Part shown: positions 12,301 to 25,078 of the stretch, one piece after another
How positions within the stretch are numbered: position 1 is the first letter of the stretch
Layout of the letters: each line of letters opens with the position of its first letter
Assembly: GCA_037447605.1 (NCBI GenBank)
Contig: CM074814.1
Coordinates: 1,922,001-1,986,000 of the forward strand
Source of the DNA: Zygnema circumcarinatum SAG 698-1b
Taxonomy: Eukaryota; Plantae; Zygnematophyceae
Direction of reading: 5' to 3'
DNA: 64,000 nt
Notes under the pieces: generated by a model
What the model saw: the letters and a program-made list of their open reading frames with translations, nothing else
What the model was told of the DNA's origin: nothing
Databases searched by the model: none
Program-made: the position numbers and the translations under genes

Positions 12301-14449
12301 AGATTTTGGAGGGCTCCTTTCAGGCAGCGCTGCAGGGCAGGTTGGGCCTATTGAGGGGTCTCAAAGGAGGTCGGCTTCCGCCGGCTCGTCTGCATTGCCT
12401 GACGATGTGGTCGACCTTGGGCCCATTATGGGAAGGTCTTTGCCTCCTGTGGTAGTGTCAAGCTCGCCTTCAGTGGATTTGGGGCCATTGGATGCACTCA
12501 ACATTGCTTCTGAAGAAGAAGCGGTGCCTGCAAAAGTGACAGCTGGCCATGTGAGTGTGGGCAGTCATGCTGCCGCAAACTGCATTGCAACTTTTGAGGT
12601 TTTGGGTTCCGGGCAGGAGCTGCCTCGAACTTTAGGTGGTCACTTACTTTTTGTCGCTAATTTTTATCATGTAACGGAAGGGGCAAGTATGAGATTTGGA
12701 ACATCGGTATTTCTTCTAGGCATTTTTGAATTCTGAAGCTCTTGTAACACAGCGGCCAGTGAAGAATTTTGTAGGCGAAACAACCTTCTGCCAGCATTGT
12801 GTTTTCGTTTGTGAGGCAAGTGGCTCCATAGTGGCTAGCCTGTTAATCTCGCGGTTGGTCTATGGCCCAAATCCTGAAAATTGTGGTAGAGTATACAATC
12901 TAACTTTCTCTGAGGTGGCCCATAACCACTGTTCCTGTTTGTGGCTCTGCAGGTGCCAAGAGGGGCAGCTGCATCGCTATGTTTCAAGGCAGCACTTATA
13001 CATATCGAAAACAATCGATTGAATGACGCCCAGGCATGCCTTGACGAGGCATTCCTCGCCCTGGCAAAAGATCGCTCTGTGGGGAAGGATATCGGCCAGC
13101 AAGCAAAAATTTGTGCTCAATACAAAGTAGCGGTGCTGATCTTGCAGGTGGGTTGCTGTTATGCCAATGTCTCTCCAAGCTTTGAGCGGTTGGCTCGTCT
13201 CTGCGTATGTTCATTGGTTGAGGGAATTTTGCCCTTTTGTCTTTCCCTCGAGTCAGTCCCTCCCTTCCTCGTGTGAACCGTAAGTGGTCCGTTCGACTGC
13301 TTGTCTCAATGCATCCATAACTCCTGAACAACATCACATGCGATATAAAGATTCAATTTGATCCACCCGTGGATACGGAACATGTGGAGCTTTCAACACT
13401 CCTGCTCACCTGACCAAGCGAGCAACAGCTGATTGACTTGTTAGTCTCTACTTCTCGGTGGGTTGATCTATCTCAGGAGACATTACGGCTGCAAAAGGCG
13501 GAGGGTCAAGGGGCGATGGGGGCAAAGGAGGAGCTGGCCCGCCTTGCCCGCCATCTCGCTTCTCTGCCGCTGCAGGCCAAACACCGCATCAGCTGCATAC
13601 GCACTGCCATAAAGCGCAATATGGAGGTGCAGAATTGGGCATACTCCAAGAAACAGCTCGATCTGCTGCTCTCCAAAGCGCCTCCCCAAAAGCAAGCAGA
13701 ATTGCGCGCACTTGCAAAGTGAGTTCTGCAGAGATCGGCCCTCCCCGTTCTACCTCGTGAATGGCTTTTCTTGTGTGCTAACAAGCGTTGTTCAAGCATA
13801 TTTTTAGTTGGCTTTGACCGTATAGCGTTCCTTTGAAGGGTTCTCTAATCCTTTATAGTTCCTTAGGTGTGACCTTGGTGGTGGTCCTTGAGGTTGGGCA
13901 TGATGCACATCATAGATTGCGTAGTAAGCCTTTGAAATTCGCTCATCACCAAATAGGATCAATCAAAAGCTCAAAGGTAACCGAATACAGTGGAAGTAGA
14001 AAACGTCTGCAGTGCGCAGCCACTTAAGTTCTCTCCAAACCCCTCGTCCCATAATGGGCAGAAGCCGCAAACCTCGCATACTTCCTTCTGCTTTGTGCTT
14101 CATTAGTGCAGTCAGAGACTTTTTTGTAGCAGGACCGTCTCCTGTCTTCACTGCTTGGGGTTTTGACATACCTGTTCTGAAAAAACCTCCCTTTCTCTGC
14201 GTGTGCTTGCTGTGTGTGTCAAGTGTCTGCACGCAACGTGGGCTGACCAATCGCACCATCAACGGCGACGAAGACGCTTCTCAGTTCTGTGCGCAGACGC
14301 TCCTGAAGCTGCCAACCATTGGGCATGATAGCTGCGACACGTGTGGATCTAACTTCTCAGCAATTGCTAGTCCGGGCTGCCCCGTCTGCGGGATGGGCAT
14401 TGTTCGGCGATCAGATGCTCGGCCTGGAGGGTACATGTCGCCCTTTTGA
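387..14449 (+). CDS. TWD40-2: TPLATE/TSET complex WD40 subunit TWD40-2 (26 exons)
   Basis: Frame-consistent exons: 387-495, 1747-1856, 2036-2198, 2496-2596, 2828-2900, 3144-3285, 3831-3991, 4593-4717, 4883-4988, 5452-5551, 5863-5914, 6054-6155, 6377-6529, 6684-6846, 6979-7296, 7906-8081, 8528-8656, 8879-8996, 9253-9463, 9727-9838, 10162-10316, 10606-11377, 11546-12550, 12953-13147, 13477-13718, 14224-14449. The peptides MEWVARQHLD, KLKTDLKKPI, AFHPTL..FVGDRTG, GAEWGGGNW, VPRGAAASLCFK, HRISCIRTAIKRNMEVQN and the C-terminal CxxC...CxxCGMG..RRSDA match the plant TWD40-2 sequence as I recall it. Confidence 0.95.
3721..3800 (+). repeat. C/T-rich low-complexity tract with assembly gap (10 N at 3763-3772)
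   Basis: CCCCCTCCT-type units flank the run of Ns. Confidence 0.9.
4130..4430. repeat. Degenerate copy of the CAACCATTG palindromic family in TWD40-2 intron 7
   Basis: Repeated GCCAACCATTG(G/C)CAATGG-type motifs in both orientations. Confidence 0.8.
8657..8878 (+). other. AT-AC (U12-type, minor spliceosome) intron in TWD40-2
   Basis: The intron starts ATATCCAC at 8657 and has the branch-point motif TTCCTTGAC at 8859-8867. It ends in AC at 8877-8878. Removing it joins ..DQGYPP to FRSILWVGP in phase 0, restoring the conserved sequence. Confidence 0.9.
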
Positions 14450-15315
14450 GGTGACCCAAGGCAGATGCACAGCATTAGCTTCAGGGCAGCATTCACAGCC
14501 TAAGCTGCGTTAGTTTGCGTATATGATGTTAAGGGTCGGATGACCCAGCATAGGAGAATAAATTTGAGAAGGCGGTCCCATGCAGCAGAAGCACGTGTGG
14601 TTGCAATGTAAACAGTGGTTCGGAAAACGCAAAGAAGAGGTCAGTAGGGATTGTGCATAGAAACTCCGCAGCATGGGGGTGGCAATCCTATGCATGTGAT
14701 GCTCCCACGGGATCTTGACGACACAATACCTTTGTTTTTTGAAGAGAAGAGTCGATTGCGGATGTAAAAGGAGATTGTTTCATTAAAGAGTGATGGAAGG
14801 GCAGGGTCAGCACTGAAATATGGCATCTTGGGACGTTCGTGGAGAAGAGCATTGCAGTGATGGGCTCCATCCTTTCTTACAATTCACTTTGTGATGTCAT
14901 TGTATAGTCGATACTTCCTGTGCAGTTCGTCCATGAACTCGATACTCAGTACAACATGTGAACATGTGATCATGTTATGCTTTTCAAATGTTTTTTTTTT
15001 TAAAGGAGAAAGGGAGGCAAAAAGGGGCCCAGAACAAAGAATGTAACTGTTTTTTATATTTTACAAGCCCCCCAGCATAGGCACAATATGCCATTAAGTT
15101 TTGTAAAAGGAACAACTAGCAAAATCCGACCCGCTCAAAAAGAAAAGTAGTAAAGTACAAGTTATGCACAAGAGCTTCTGCTGGATATTACAATCAACTG
15201 ATACATGTAGTGACGTAGTGCTCGCCCCAAATGTTGGACAAAAAAACAACTGCCCTTTAGATAAAGGTGTGCTCCTTTTCTTCCGTTCAGACAGGAAATT
15301 TCGTTGTACAGGTAA

Positions 15316-18300
15316 TCAAGAAAAGGAGAAGTACGTGGTATACTGTTCATCTCGCATAGCAGAAATGGGCATGAGCAGGAAATCCTTTTCGTTACCTGGA
15401 GCCACGAAAGAAATGTTGTTGTATGTTGCGAGGCCCTTACGAACTATGAAGCTGCTGAGGTGAGCCGTCTCGCCTCCTGTAACCAAGCCGTCAAGATCTT
15501 CCGCAATCTTCAGAAGACTCAATGAATGGCCTGAGGCCCCGCCATTCAGCTTCCGCATGGACAGGAAGTTCCCAGGCAGATCCGATGCTTCAAAAGATAC
15601 AGCTGCCTCGCTGTTGATAAGGCCCTGTCGCACATGAAATGCTGCAGCATGTCGGACTCCTCTCGGCTCACTTGAGAGGGAAATTGTCATGTCGTGCCGA
15701 TCTTCAGAGGCGGCATTGCTCTCTATGTTCGTGGCATGTTTGAGCTTCTTGATGAAAGTCAAAGGCTGACCCACTCCGTTATGCCCCAAGTACAGTCCTG
15801 GTCGAGAAAACACTTCCAGCAAGACTGTCTTGCCAATCAATGTCTGCCAATTCAAAACATCAAAATCACTATGCATATATTCAGCTCGGCGATGTCTGTC
15901 TGACTCATGTGCGTCGCTCCTTGGCGTTTGTAATCTGCCAATTGACACGATCCGGAAAGTTGCCTCCATGGCTTCTTGAGTCCCATCCTCTGGAGTTGGC
16001 CAAGCTTGGACCTCACCGATCTCACCACCCACATCACAATACCGTAAGATCGTCCCCTTCATGTCGGCAGTAGCTCCACTCACGCTTCGTATATGCTTCA
16101 CTGCTGGAAGTGACAACTCGAGAGTTACGAGTGCAGCATTCGCTGATGGAGGGATGGGAGTGAGCCATTCGGAGGGAGTGGCAGGATTGAGACCCAATGC
16201 CAGGCTGCTCGCCCGGGGAGTCAAACCCACCAGTACGTGAGGGCCAAAGAGAATAGCACGCATAGTAGAATACTCCTTACGGTCATCTGCAGTGCCCCAC
16301 AGGAGACATGCGAGTGCAGCCCCACAAGATGCTGAACAAAGAAAGCCAAAGAGAGCTGTTCAAGAGAAGGAAACAAACCGGCAACACGTGCATGGAAGCT
16401 TTTTCGGATAAAAGTTTGAAGGTCTGAAAAGTTCTAATACAGTGGATTCGGCAGCCCCTGAAAGGGAGTCAAAATTTGTATGAAGACTGCCACGGAATGC
16501 ATTGGCTGGACGCAGATGAATCCCACCTTCAATAGCTTCTGTGCGCAAACTAATGGGCAGTGTTAATTGGAGCTGATCTCCACTGTTCCAAACCCGCCGG
16601 AGCTTCAAGAAATTTCCTGAAGGAAACGAGAATCGAGGACATGAGAAATTGTCTTTTTTTAAGACCTGTAGTCGACATGGCCGGCTGTCCTGATTGCTGA
16701 GAAGGGACATCTGTAGCAGGAAATGAGGACATGCATACGCTGCAACCTTGCAGCAACACATGAATTCAGCGATTTTGTTCTCCTGCAGTTACCGAATAGT
16801 TCGATCCGAGATGTTTCCATTCGATTCAGCCTTCTAGGGAGATGTTAAACTAAGCTAAATATACCACAAAGTCAACAATGGCAGACTCATACTTGTGCTC
16901 CGCAATTCCAGTCTGCTAAGGACCTCTGCCTCTGCTTCTCAGAGTTCAACTAAGAACAACCTTGACCGTGGTCCTGAGAAATGAATCTGAGTTGGCGAAA
17001 CGTAAGTAGGCAATTCAGAAAGATACTAGTTCAACGAGCACGCTACGCAGCCCGTTGCCAACTTGGCACTAAATGTCAACTCTCAATCTACTTCGATTTG
17101 GTGCCCCTTCCTTTCACTCCCTTTTTTCAGTTCAGCCTCAAGAATCTGTGCATATATCATACCTCCGGGGGGCGTTCTGAGGCTATCTCCATTAAGTGCA
17201 ACAGATGATTGTGCTGCCCATCCCGGAATTCGAATGGTGACAGCTGCCAGAGTGCGACCTGAATTGACCATCTGTCATTACAGTCAAATCTCAAGCTTAG
17301 CGACCGACATCGTACAAATTTATCACGTCTTACCCTCTGTGCATTCTGTTGCCATGAACTTTTTCAAAGGTCAACCTGATACTTTGCCTGACCAGGTAAC
17401 ATTGCACCCATGATACTATCTTTGTGATTGACATCTGTTTATCTGTTTATAGCAGAACCTGGGATTACAACAAACTCAGGAATGGATGCAACAGGCGTCC
17501 GTCCCAAGCGACATTTCCTTTTCCTTACGTTCAAGTGATCGAATCCACAAAAATAACCACGTGCCAGAAAATGCCGTCGTTGGTAGAGAATGGCCGAGAC
17601 ATAAAGCTTCATGATGCATTTCCATTGGTTGGGGTTGAAACATCAAGACCACACACGACGAAACATTGTGACCTAACTGGAAAACTTCCATAAACCGGAA
17701 CTATTCCCGTTTTTTTCTTTCTTTCGAGTTTCAGGGCTTACCAGGGAGACAGTCGAGAAGCTGATCGTCACATTCATTGCCGGATCAACTGCTGAAGGAA
17801 GCTTAATCCTCTGTTGAACATGGAGACCTGCCGCCTTCCACCGGAGTGTACTTGCGACAAACTGCACTACATACAGCCCGGGGGGGCTCCCTTCCTCGTA
17901 GAAGTAAATGGAGTCACCCAATTTGGCAAACGACTCTATGCCTGCGACCATGATAGGACCAATTAGGTTCGGCGTGTTTTTCATTCGTAAATATGGGCAA
18001 GGGTTGGGGCAGGGTCTTAGCAACAAAACACTCTGTCCTGTGCATCAACAGAAAATCTGGCCTAAAATGGAAAATCAAAAGCTAAGTCGTTTAACAACAG
18101 GATAGCAGGGTCATGCATAGAAGTCTTTGTTACGGGCAGAACTGGAACAAGGAATATAATAACATACAGAACAGAAAGGAGGACAGGACAAACATTCTGA
18201 ACAGAGCCGGGAGACAGCAAATTCAATCGATAGCTGATGTTGAGATTGCTCTCTTTCTAAGCATCTCTGTATGCCCCGACATTTCGTATGTTTACATAAC

Positions 18301-21300
18301 ACTTGGATTTGAAAACCTTCCTCCCTTTAAGAGGTGATCGTGAACTCCTATAAATGCAATCATGTAAGGCAGCTGCCATTGTAACCAGGATTGCCAGTGC
18401 ACACCAGTGCCGTAGCAGCACCAAAATGCATTGAAGGGGTTTCCCCAGCCATGATAACCCATGGCTTTTGAATTGCCCGCGCCAAGTGGCAGCATATAAA
18501 TCATCACCCCTGGTTGCGTTCCGCGTTGAATTCCAAGGATTCCGTTTGTCACAAGCCGCTCAAAATAGTCCATATGTGCCACATCTCGTCGCCAGCGAAA
18601 CATATTTCTTGAAACCTGCAATTAGACACATAATAATCCTCCAACACTATCATCCAGCCCCTCGGTCAAATTAGACCAGAGAAACACATCACCTAGGTAA
18701 AGAAGAGCAGCTGTAATGTGGTAACTTAGATCGTTTTTCTCTATTCAGGCAGTGATCAAGTCAAGAAAAGCAGAGAAGGAACTATCTACCTTGAGCATGT
18801 TATAAGTAGTACAGGTTTCTTGGTCTTCCTGACCCAAATCAGAACCGAGCCGATGCGGGTCATGCCTGCATACAAACAGCAAGAACCCTGCAGTTGAATT
18901 GCAGAAGGAAGAAATCAGCAATGATCTTCATCAATTCTTGGTTGCACGATGTACTTCCTCGTCATGAGGTGAGAAGTGCCTGATTAGAAAACAAACCCAC
19001 CAAAACTCGTTTGAAGAAGTGCCCCCTGTCGCAAATCCATGCGTTGAATTGATAAGCTCCATGAAATACTCCGCAATGTCCTGTTAGAAAGTGCCACGTG
19101 ATGCACAGAGTTGACTGAGTATGATAGATACGAACCAATGGAAAATTGTAAGCCATAAGTCGATGTTTCCATATAATCCAGTTCCTACAAGTGTTGATAC
19201 GTTTCCCCAGATACAAACTTTCACTCAGAGCAGAAACTTTAATATGTTTCACTCGGCCCCTGAAAATTTTGCATTTTTTCCATTTGCCAGGTCTGATAGC
19301 CATTCGTGCTCCATTCGTGCTCTTGTCAGTTTGTAGAGCAAACCATACAACCAATTTACAGCGACGAGCTGACCTTGTATATGCTGTCCCCTATAACCTC
19401 GTATCGCATCTGTGCTCCAACAATAAGGGGAATGTGTGTGTTGGAGTGAAGGCCTGAGAGATCATCAGTTTGCAGTGCAAGCGGCCCTAGGAAGCACGGC
19501 TTATCAAATTGGTGTGCCAAGCGAGCATGCTCCTCATCACCCTGCAATTCAGCAACCATGACTTCTCAAAATCTTGTCAATAGCATACAGTTCCAACCGT
19601 CGAGTTCAGCAAAAACATGAATCATGTTAGAAGTTAAGCACGCTGATTGGACAAGCCAGAAGGAAAGTCTTCGGCTTTCGACATGCACTTCACGATATTG
19701 CTTTATTTTGGAGGATCTTCTTCAGAGACGTGTCCGAGTTTGAAGTGACTCCTTGTTCTCTTTGCTACTTCTTAATAGATGCTTAAGTTGAGAACAAAAG
19801 GTGATCACAAGATTTTCCGCCCCACCGTGATTGCATAGAGTCGATACAATAGGTCATTCATCCCGCCAAACTCTTCATTCAGGGACCTCCACCACCGTTC
19901 AATAGTATGCTGTGCTATAACTGCATCCACTCGACCCCTAAAGTAGTCCACCATCTTCAACAGCATATGAAATGCCTGGACGTTGTTTGCGACAGTGAAT
20001 TGGTCTAAAAGCCCTGCCATTATCTGTATCATAAGAATCAGCAAAGGGAGTAATCAATTTTCTGTAAACTTGCAGTAAGCATTTGGTATGTGCAGTCGGC
20101 CTCGTCAGCGAAAAGGCAGAGTGAGAGAGCACTCTACCTTGCATCACATTGATTGAAGACCTAATCGGACAATGTCATTCACCCGTATCTAAAACCTGAA
20201 CTGACAGCAATTGAGTTTGCTCTTGCCTTGTGGATTGTGTAGTAAGGCGCCCAAACTGGAAGAACTGCCTCAACTCTGTCAAAGAATTCTGTAGGGAAAG
20301 CAGATAAATAACCGCTGCCCATGCTGTCTTGACATTTTGCCAGTTCAGCAACCACGGTCTTCATATGCAACTCAAGGGTGCTATTTCCAGTGCTGGCCCA
20401 AGCGAAGGCGGCTGCACTGAGATAATGTCCTGCAAAAACGTGTTATTTGACATTGTAAAGAGGTGAAAAAGCCCTGATCGAGTGCCTAAAGTGTTGCAGT
20501 AATGCTTGCGAAATTGATGGCTTGTGTCAACCACCACTGCACACAAGGGTCTCATAATCTTTTCTCCTGCTGTGACACTCAGGCATCATAAAATTATGCT
20601 GAAACCATTCGCAGTGTTCCTCGCAACAAAGGATTAAGGTGCTCAAACATGAAAATTGACTGCACACTCTGTCAGTTCGTCTGTTCCATAATTGTCTTCC
20701 AGCTGCAACACTACCTCTTCTGCATGTGCTCTGCTTTTCAAGTGGTAGCTTGACCTTACCAACAAAATGCCCACGCAGCTCAGATATAGGCATTTCCCAG
20801 CCACCGTAAGGGACTCCGGGAGTTGCGAAGCCTGCTGTATGGCGAAAGCTCCAAATAAGGCGATCAACATCCAACATAAGGAGGTATTGAAGATTTACCT
20901 CCTGAGCTGTTCCTTGGGGAGATTCAGGATGTAACCGCACGTCATGGAGAGAAAATTCTTTCAAGAAATCCTGACAAGCGCAATCAGAGGGCATAATCAG
21001 TGACACCATCGAAAAGGGTTTCGCCCATCACTGCACACTTGAGTTGAATAGGGAAGTTGTCCTTTTTGTCCAACTTTTGCCTCATCCTATCGTTACACCT
21101 GGATAAAGGGATGGTCTGTTCAAATGTAGCTATTTGTCAATGGAAGATGTTGACCAAGTTAAGTCAACAAACAGCACGCTGGAATGGGGAAACCTGAAAG
21201 TATTCACCAGAACCAATACGACATAGTCTGTATAAGAGCAGCCTTTAATACCTGTTTTGCTGCAAAGCGATTCTGCTCCATTCTCCTTTTAATAAAGTCT

Positions 21301-22791
21301 GCCTGTCGATCCCGGAGAACTCTTCTCAAACTCTTGGATGGAGACGACGACAGGGAGAGGTCCGCCACTTGGCCCACCTCTTCTCTATTAGCAAAAGAGT
21401 TCCGACTGTGTTCATCGAAATGGCCAAGGAGGGCAAGCATTGCATTTCTTCTGCAGCCTTCAAAAACAATCGTTTAAGGAATTAATGGCTCTCACACAAG
21501 TGGGAAGAGTTGGCTGTTTTACGCAAGGGCTGTCAAGTCCCCTATGGCCGCTCAATGGACAACTACCTTTTAAAGAATGCACTTGTCATTACTGTGAACT
21601 TTTGTGATTGCAGCTACGGAGGAGGATAATCTTGATGAGCTCGTCAAGACGAAGGTTCTCTAACGACTAAGCAAATATTCAATTGATTGGCTGAGATTAA
21701 GTACAGCACATTCCAGTCTAATCAAGAGAGAGAGAATTTGGCACGTTAAATGATCCTATAGAACCTACAGAAATGCCACATCATTCTCAACTACAGAAAG
21801 AAACAACAACTGATAATAGTAAGAACGCGGAGTGGAATGGGAAAAGTTGCTGGCAAGGCAACTGTACTTAAAGGAGGCAAGTAAATAAGGTTGGAAAAAT
21901 ATAGCTTCTGTGCAAAAAGATTTGGCATGGCAGACAGAAAGAGGAAGGGATAATAGATACTTGGGATGCATAAAAATTATTTGCCCAGTTTGTGGAATGT
22001 CGCTACAATTATCATTAAGAATGCGAAGGTGCCTCGCAAACAGGCACCACAGCCAGACAGTATGTATTAAAAAGCTAATCAATTTCGCTGAATTAAAACA
22101 CATTTACATTGATACATTGCCTTCTTGAAAATTTGGGGCCATATTCAAGAAACTAAAAAACCTGACTTAATCGGTCAATCAGCTTGCCCGGACCATAGAA
22201 CGGAAGCTAGCTGACAGTTTGTTCGAGCTTGTTTCAGCAAATTTTGGACTTAACAGGTCCATTCATAAAAAGCCGATTTCAAGGAGGGCAGTCTCGATTT
22301 GAAAGATAATATGGACGTGAATTCGTCTTCTAAGACAGCCAATTTCCTACTGCACTTGCACGTCATTGATAAATGCTGTGATATTTGCCGAGATGTCTGC
22401 TGCGATCGTATTCTTTCTCTGATCAAATTTCAATTGTATTAAAATATCTGCAGCTAAATTCAGCGTTTGTAGATTAGGGTTTCGCTTGATGTTCAGAAAG
22501 ACGACTCAATTGAATAATACATTCGAAAATCAGCGAAAGAACCCTCTCAAAGACGAATACATAAAACTCGACACGTAAATATCTAATAAATGATGTGAAT
22601 TTTACGCTATGTATGTCATTCTTTCACATATGTCACAGCGGAGGCTGGCTGTGCACTAGCCTGGCTGCATTCTGCGTGGGGATGTTGGTGCACTCTTTCG
22701 CAGCCGTCAATGCACAGCCAGCCGTGAGAAGCACAAGCACGAGCACGGACGCGGCTGCAGGTCCAGATGCAAGCGAGAGGCATGGCCCCAT
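15316..22791 (-). CDS. Secreted glycoside hydrolase, DUF1680 (GH127/GH146 beta-L-arabinofuranosidase-like), with AbfB-like C-terminal region (12 exons)
   Basis: Exons in transcript order: 22791-22661, 21450-21252, 20970-20760, 20429-20227, 20023-19826, 19541-19374, 19080-19001, 18865-18790, 18615-18405, 17941-17742, 17271-17163, 16616-16527, 16286-15316 (13 segments as listed). A signal peptide is followed by AKECTNIPTQ. Motifs ELRGHFVGHYLSA, VWAPYYTIHKIMAGLLDQ, LNEEFGGMND, HSNTHIPL, ETCTTYNMLK and FWCCYGTGIESFAKLGDSIYF are typical of the plant DUF1680 hydrolases. Confidence 0.93.
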
Positions 22792-22920
22792 GGCGGCAGG
22801 CAGGCGCGGCCTCCTTCTCCTTCTTCTCCTTCTTGTTCTTGCAGCGGCCCTGGCCCTGGCCCTGCAAGGACAGCTGCAACCGACCGGACCACGGCAAGGT
22901 CCCGCGCCCAGCAGCGCGCG

Positions 22921-23420
22921 TTTCGACTGCCACGTGTCGCATGTCACGTGGCATGGCATGTCCACATTTCGCTCGTTGTGTGGCCGTTGCTAGCCGTCGA
23001 TTTCGGGATCGTGGCCGTTGAATAGGACACGTCAGCATGTGTTGAGGGTCCACCCGTCAGATTGCCACGTGCTCGAGAGTACGAGACGGGTCGTTGGATA
23101 AGCCACGCGCGCACGTGTGAGGTCCGACCGTTAAAATGGATGAGTGCGAGATTGTAGAATGAGAGTCGTTAGATGTGCCGCGCTTACAACGGTAACAGGA
23201 TACTGGCCGGTCGATAAACCACGCGTGCAAGTGTGACAGGTTCAGACCGTTGGATTTAGCTGCTGGCGAGAATTCCGGAGAGTAGCCTTTAACACGTGTG
23301 AGCTATCGGACCGTTTGTCACGTCCAAGATTTCTAATAGCCGTTGGATCTGTCACGTGGATTTTTTGTAAGATGTCGACCGTTAGATAGGCGCGTGTGAG
23401 ATTTCAGAAAATGGCCGTTG
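22921..23420. promoter_or_regulatory. Dense cluster of G-box/ABRE (CACGTG x6) and MSA-like (YCYAACGGYY) motifs upstream of the glycoside hydrolase
   Basis: CACGTG occurs at 22931, 22945, 23066, 23112, 23293 and 23353. GACCGTTGGA (23245), GCCGTTGGA (23339) and GACCGTTAGA (23377) read as TCCAACGGTC, TCCAACGGCT and TCTAACGGTC on the hydrolase sense strand. Confidence 0.6.
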
Positions 23421-23751
23421 CGCAATCCACGGGGACACAAAGTGAGGTTCCGTCCGTCGGATACAGTACCGATAACCGTAACAGCCGCGTGCAAGTTTTT
23501 TAGGGTTCAGGGAGGGTTTGGGTTTAGGGTCCAGTGTAAGAAAAAAATAGCCATGTTTTGCATTGGTCGAGAGTTCACAATGCCCAACAAGTCGATGCCA
23601 AAGGAAGCACGGAATCAAACGAGCCATACAAGCAAAAGCGACCATCAACAAGCTTCTAGAATGATGTGGATTCGTTCCGATTTGCCCTTATCATTATGCA
23701 CATTGGATGGGCAAATTTGTAAACAACACATGGATCTATTTACGCGTACGT

Positions 23752-25078
23752 TTAGTAGGCGAATTGGGCTATATACATGGGAGAATAGTTCACTATTGGC
23801 CATCTCTGTACTTCCTGCATTGTGACTTCACTCCTTATGGGAGAACTCAGCCAACTCCCTCCTTCACCCTTGGTGGCTCCTCCTCTCCTTTTGAGAGGAG
23901 GACTAGACTCAGAAGATGAGTCGGAAGAAAACTTCCGTTTCCGCGAATACGACTCTCCTTGACCAACTGAACTGTCTGCCATGGCGGGCCCCTCGAGAGA
24001 GGAGGAGAGAGAATTCGCGGGCCAAGGACGCGGGGATGACGGAAAGGTAGGAGAAGGGAGAAGTGGGAGTAAGCTCTCTCCATTGGCTAAGGTGGGCCAA
24101 TTCCAGACCTTAGTAGCTGAACTGAGAAGAGACTGAGAGACAGAGGTTCCCATATTATAGGCGAGTAGTACATTATATTTGCGGTTGCGAAGACCATGAA
24201 GCGCATTTGAAAAATCTTGGTCTCCGGAAACCAAGAGCACATGGGCTGGAGGAGGGTTGTCTAGAGCCCATAAGAGCATTCCTACAAGTATCGCTTTGTC
24301 GCTGGCTTGTTTCCGGCCTGGTAACAAAGCAGCAGGTGAAGGTGTTAGTTTTCATGAGACGTGAGAGGGCAAGTAAAGAAGCCGGGGGAGGGAGAGTGAG
24401 AGTAGGGGAGAGGAAGGGGATCAGGCGAGGGAAGAGAGAGGAAAGACTAAATTCCGGGGCAGTGAGGAGAAAGATGGATCAGGAGGAAGGCAGATTGGGG
24501 GAGGTAGAAGGGGAGAGGGAGAGGGAGGGGGAGAACGAGGAGGGGGGGAAGCAGAGAGCGGGGAGGAGGGAGGAGGGAGGAGGGAGGAAGGAGGAGGGAG
24601 AGGGGAGGGGGAGAGGGAGAGGGAGAGGGATAGGGATAGGGAGAGGGAGAGGGAGAGAGAGAGAGGGAGAGGGAGAGTGAGGGAGAGAGGGCGAGAGGGA
24701 GAGAGGGAGGGGGAGAGGGAGAGGGAGAGGGAGAGAGAAAGGGAAAGAGAGAGAGATGCCTCAATTATTTGTTAATTCTACATGAATTGATATCGCACCG
24801 TTTGGAATGTGATGTACGCTGATACCCGTGCTGCTGAGCCCCTCTGTCACTCCTCGTGACAGCAGGTTGACATTTCCGTAGGCCGTAATGGAGATGGTGC
24901 CATGAAAGCCCTCCCTTCCCAGGGCGGACCGGACGTTGTGGGCGATGCTATATGCGCTTAGTCCTAAGGGAACGCCGCAGTTCTCAATATCCCACCACAC
25001 AGAGATGCGCGGTTGCACGGGCTGTTGCGGAGGTTCAGGCATGGCTGCCATCGCCCTGCTGTTGCTGCTACCTGACAT
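23752..25078 (-). CDS. NYN-domain (PIN-like, MARF1/limkain-type) putative ribonuclease, 2 coding exons
   Basis: Exons 25078-24799 and 24317-23752 join in phase 1. Motifs SVWWDIENCGVP, ITAYGNVN, KQASDKAILVGMLLWALDNPPPAHVLLVSGDQDFSNALHGLRNRKYNVLLA are present. The exact N- and C-termini are uncertain. Confidence 0.85.
24380..24757 (+). repeat. Polypurine (GAGGGA/GA)n tract inside the NYN intron
   Basis: About 200 bp (24560-24756) is almost free of pyrimidines and built from GAGGGA and GA units, within a longer GA-rich stretch. Confidence 0.9.

Noticed and set aside
16796-16812. GTTCGATCC resembling a tRNA T-loop
   Set aside because: The flanking bases do not form a T-stem or cloverleaf.
24207-24764. 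ORFs of 105-157 aa rich in GR/RE or SPSP/LSLS
   Set aside because: These are translations of the purine-rich intron tract.
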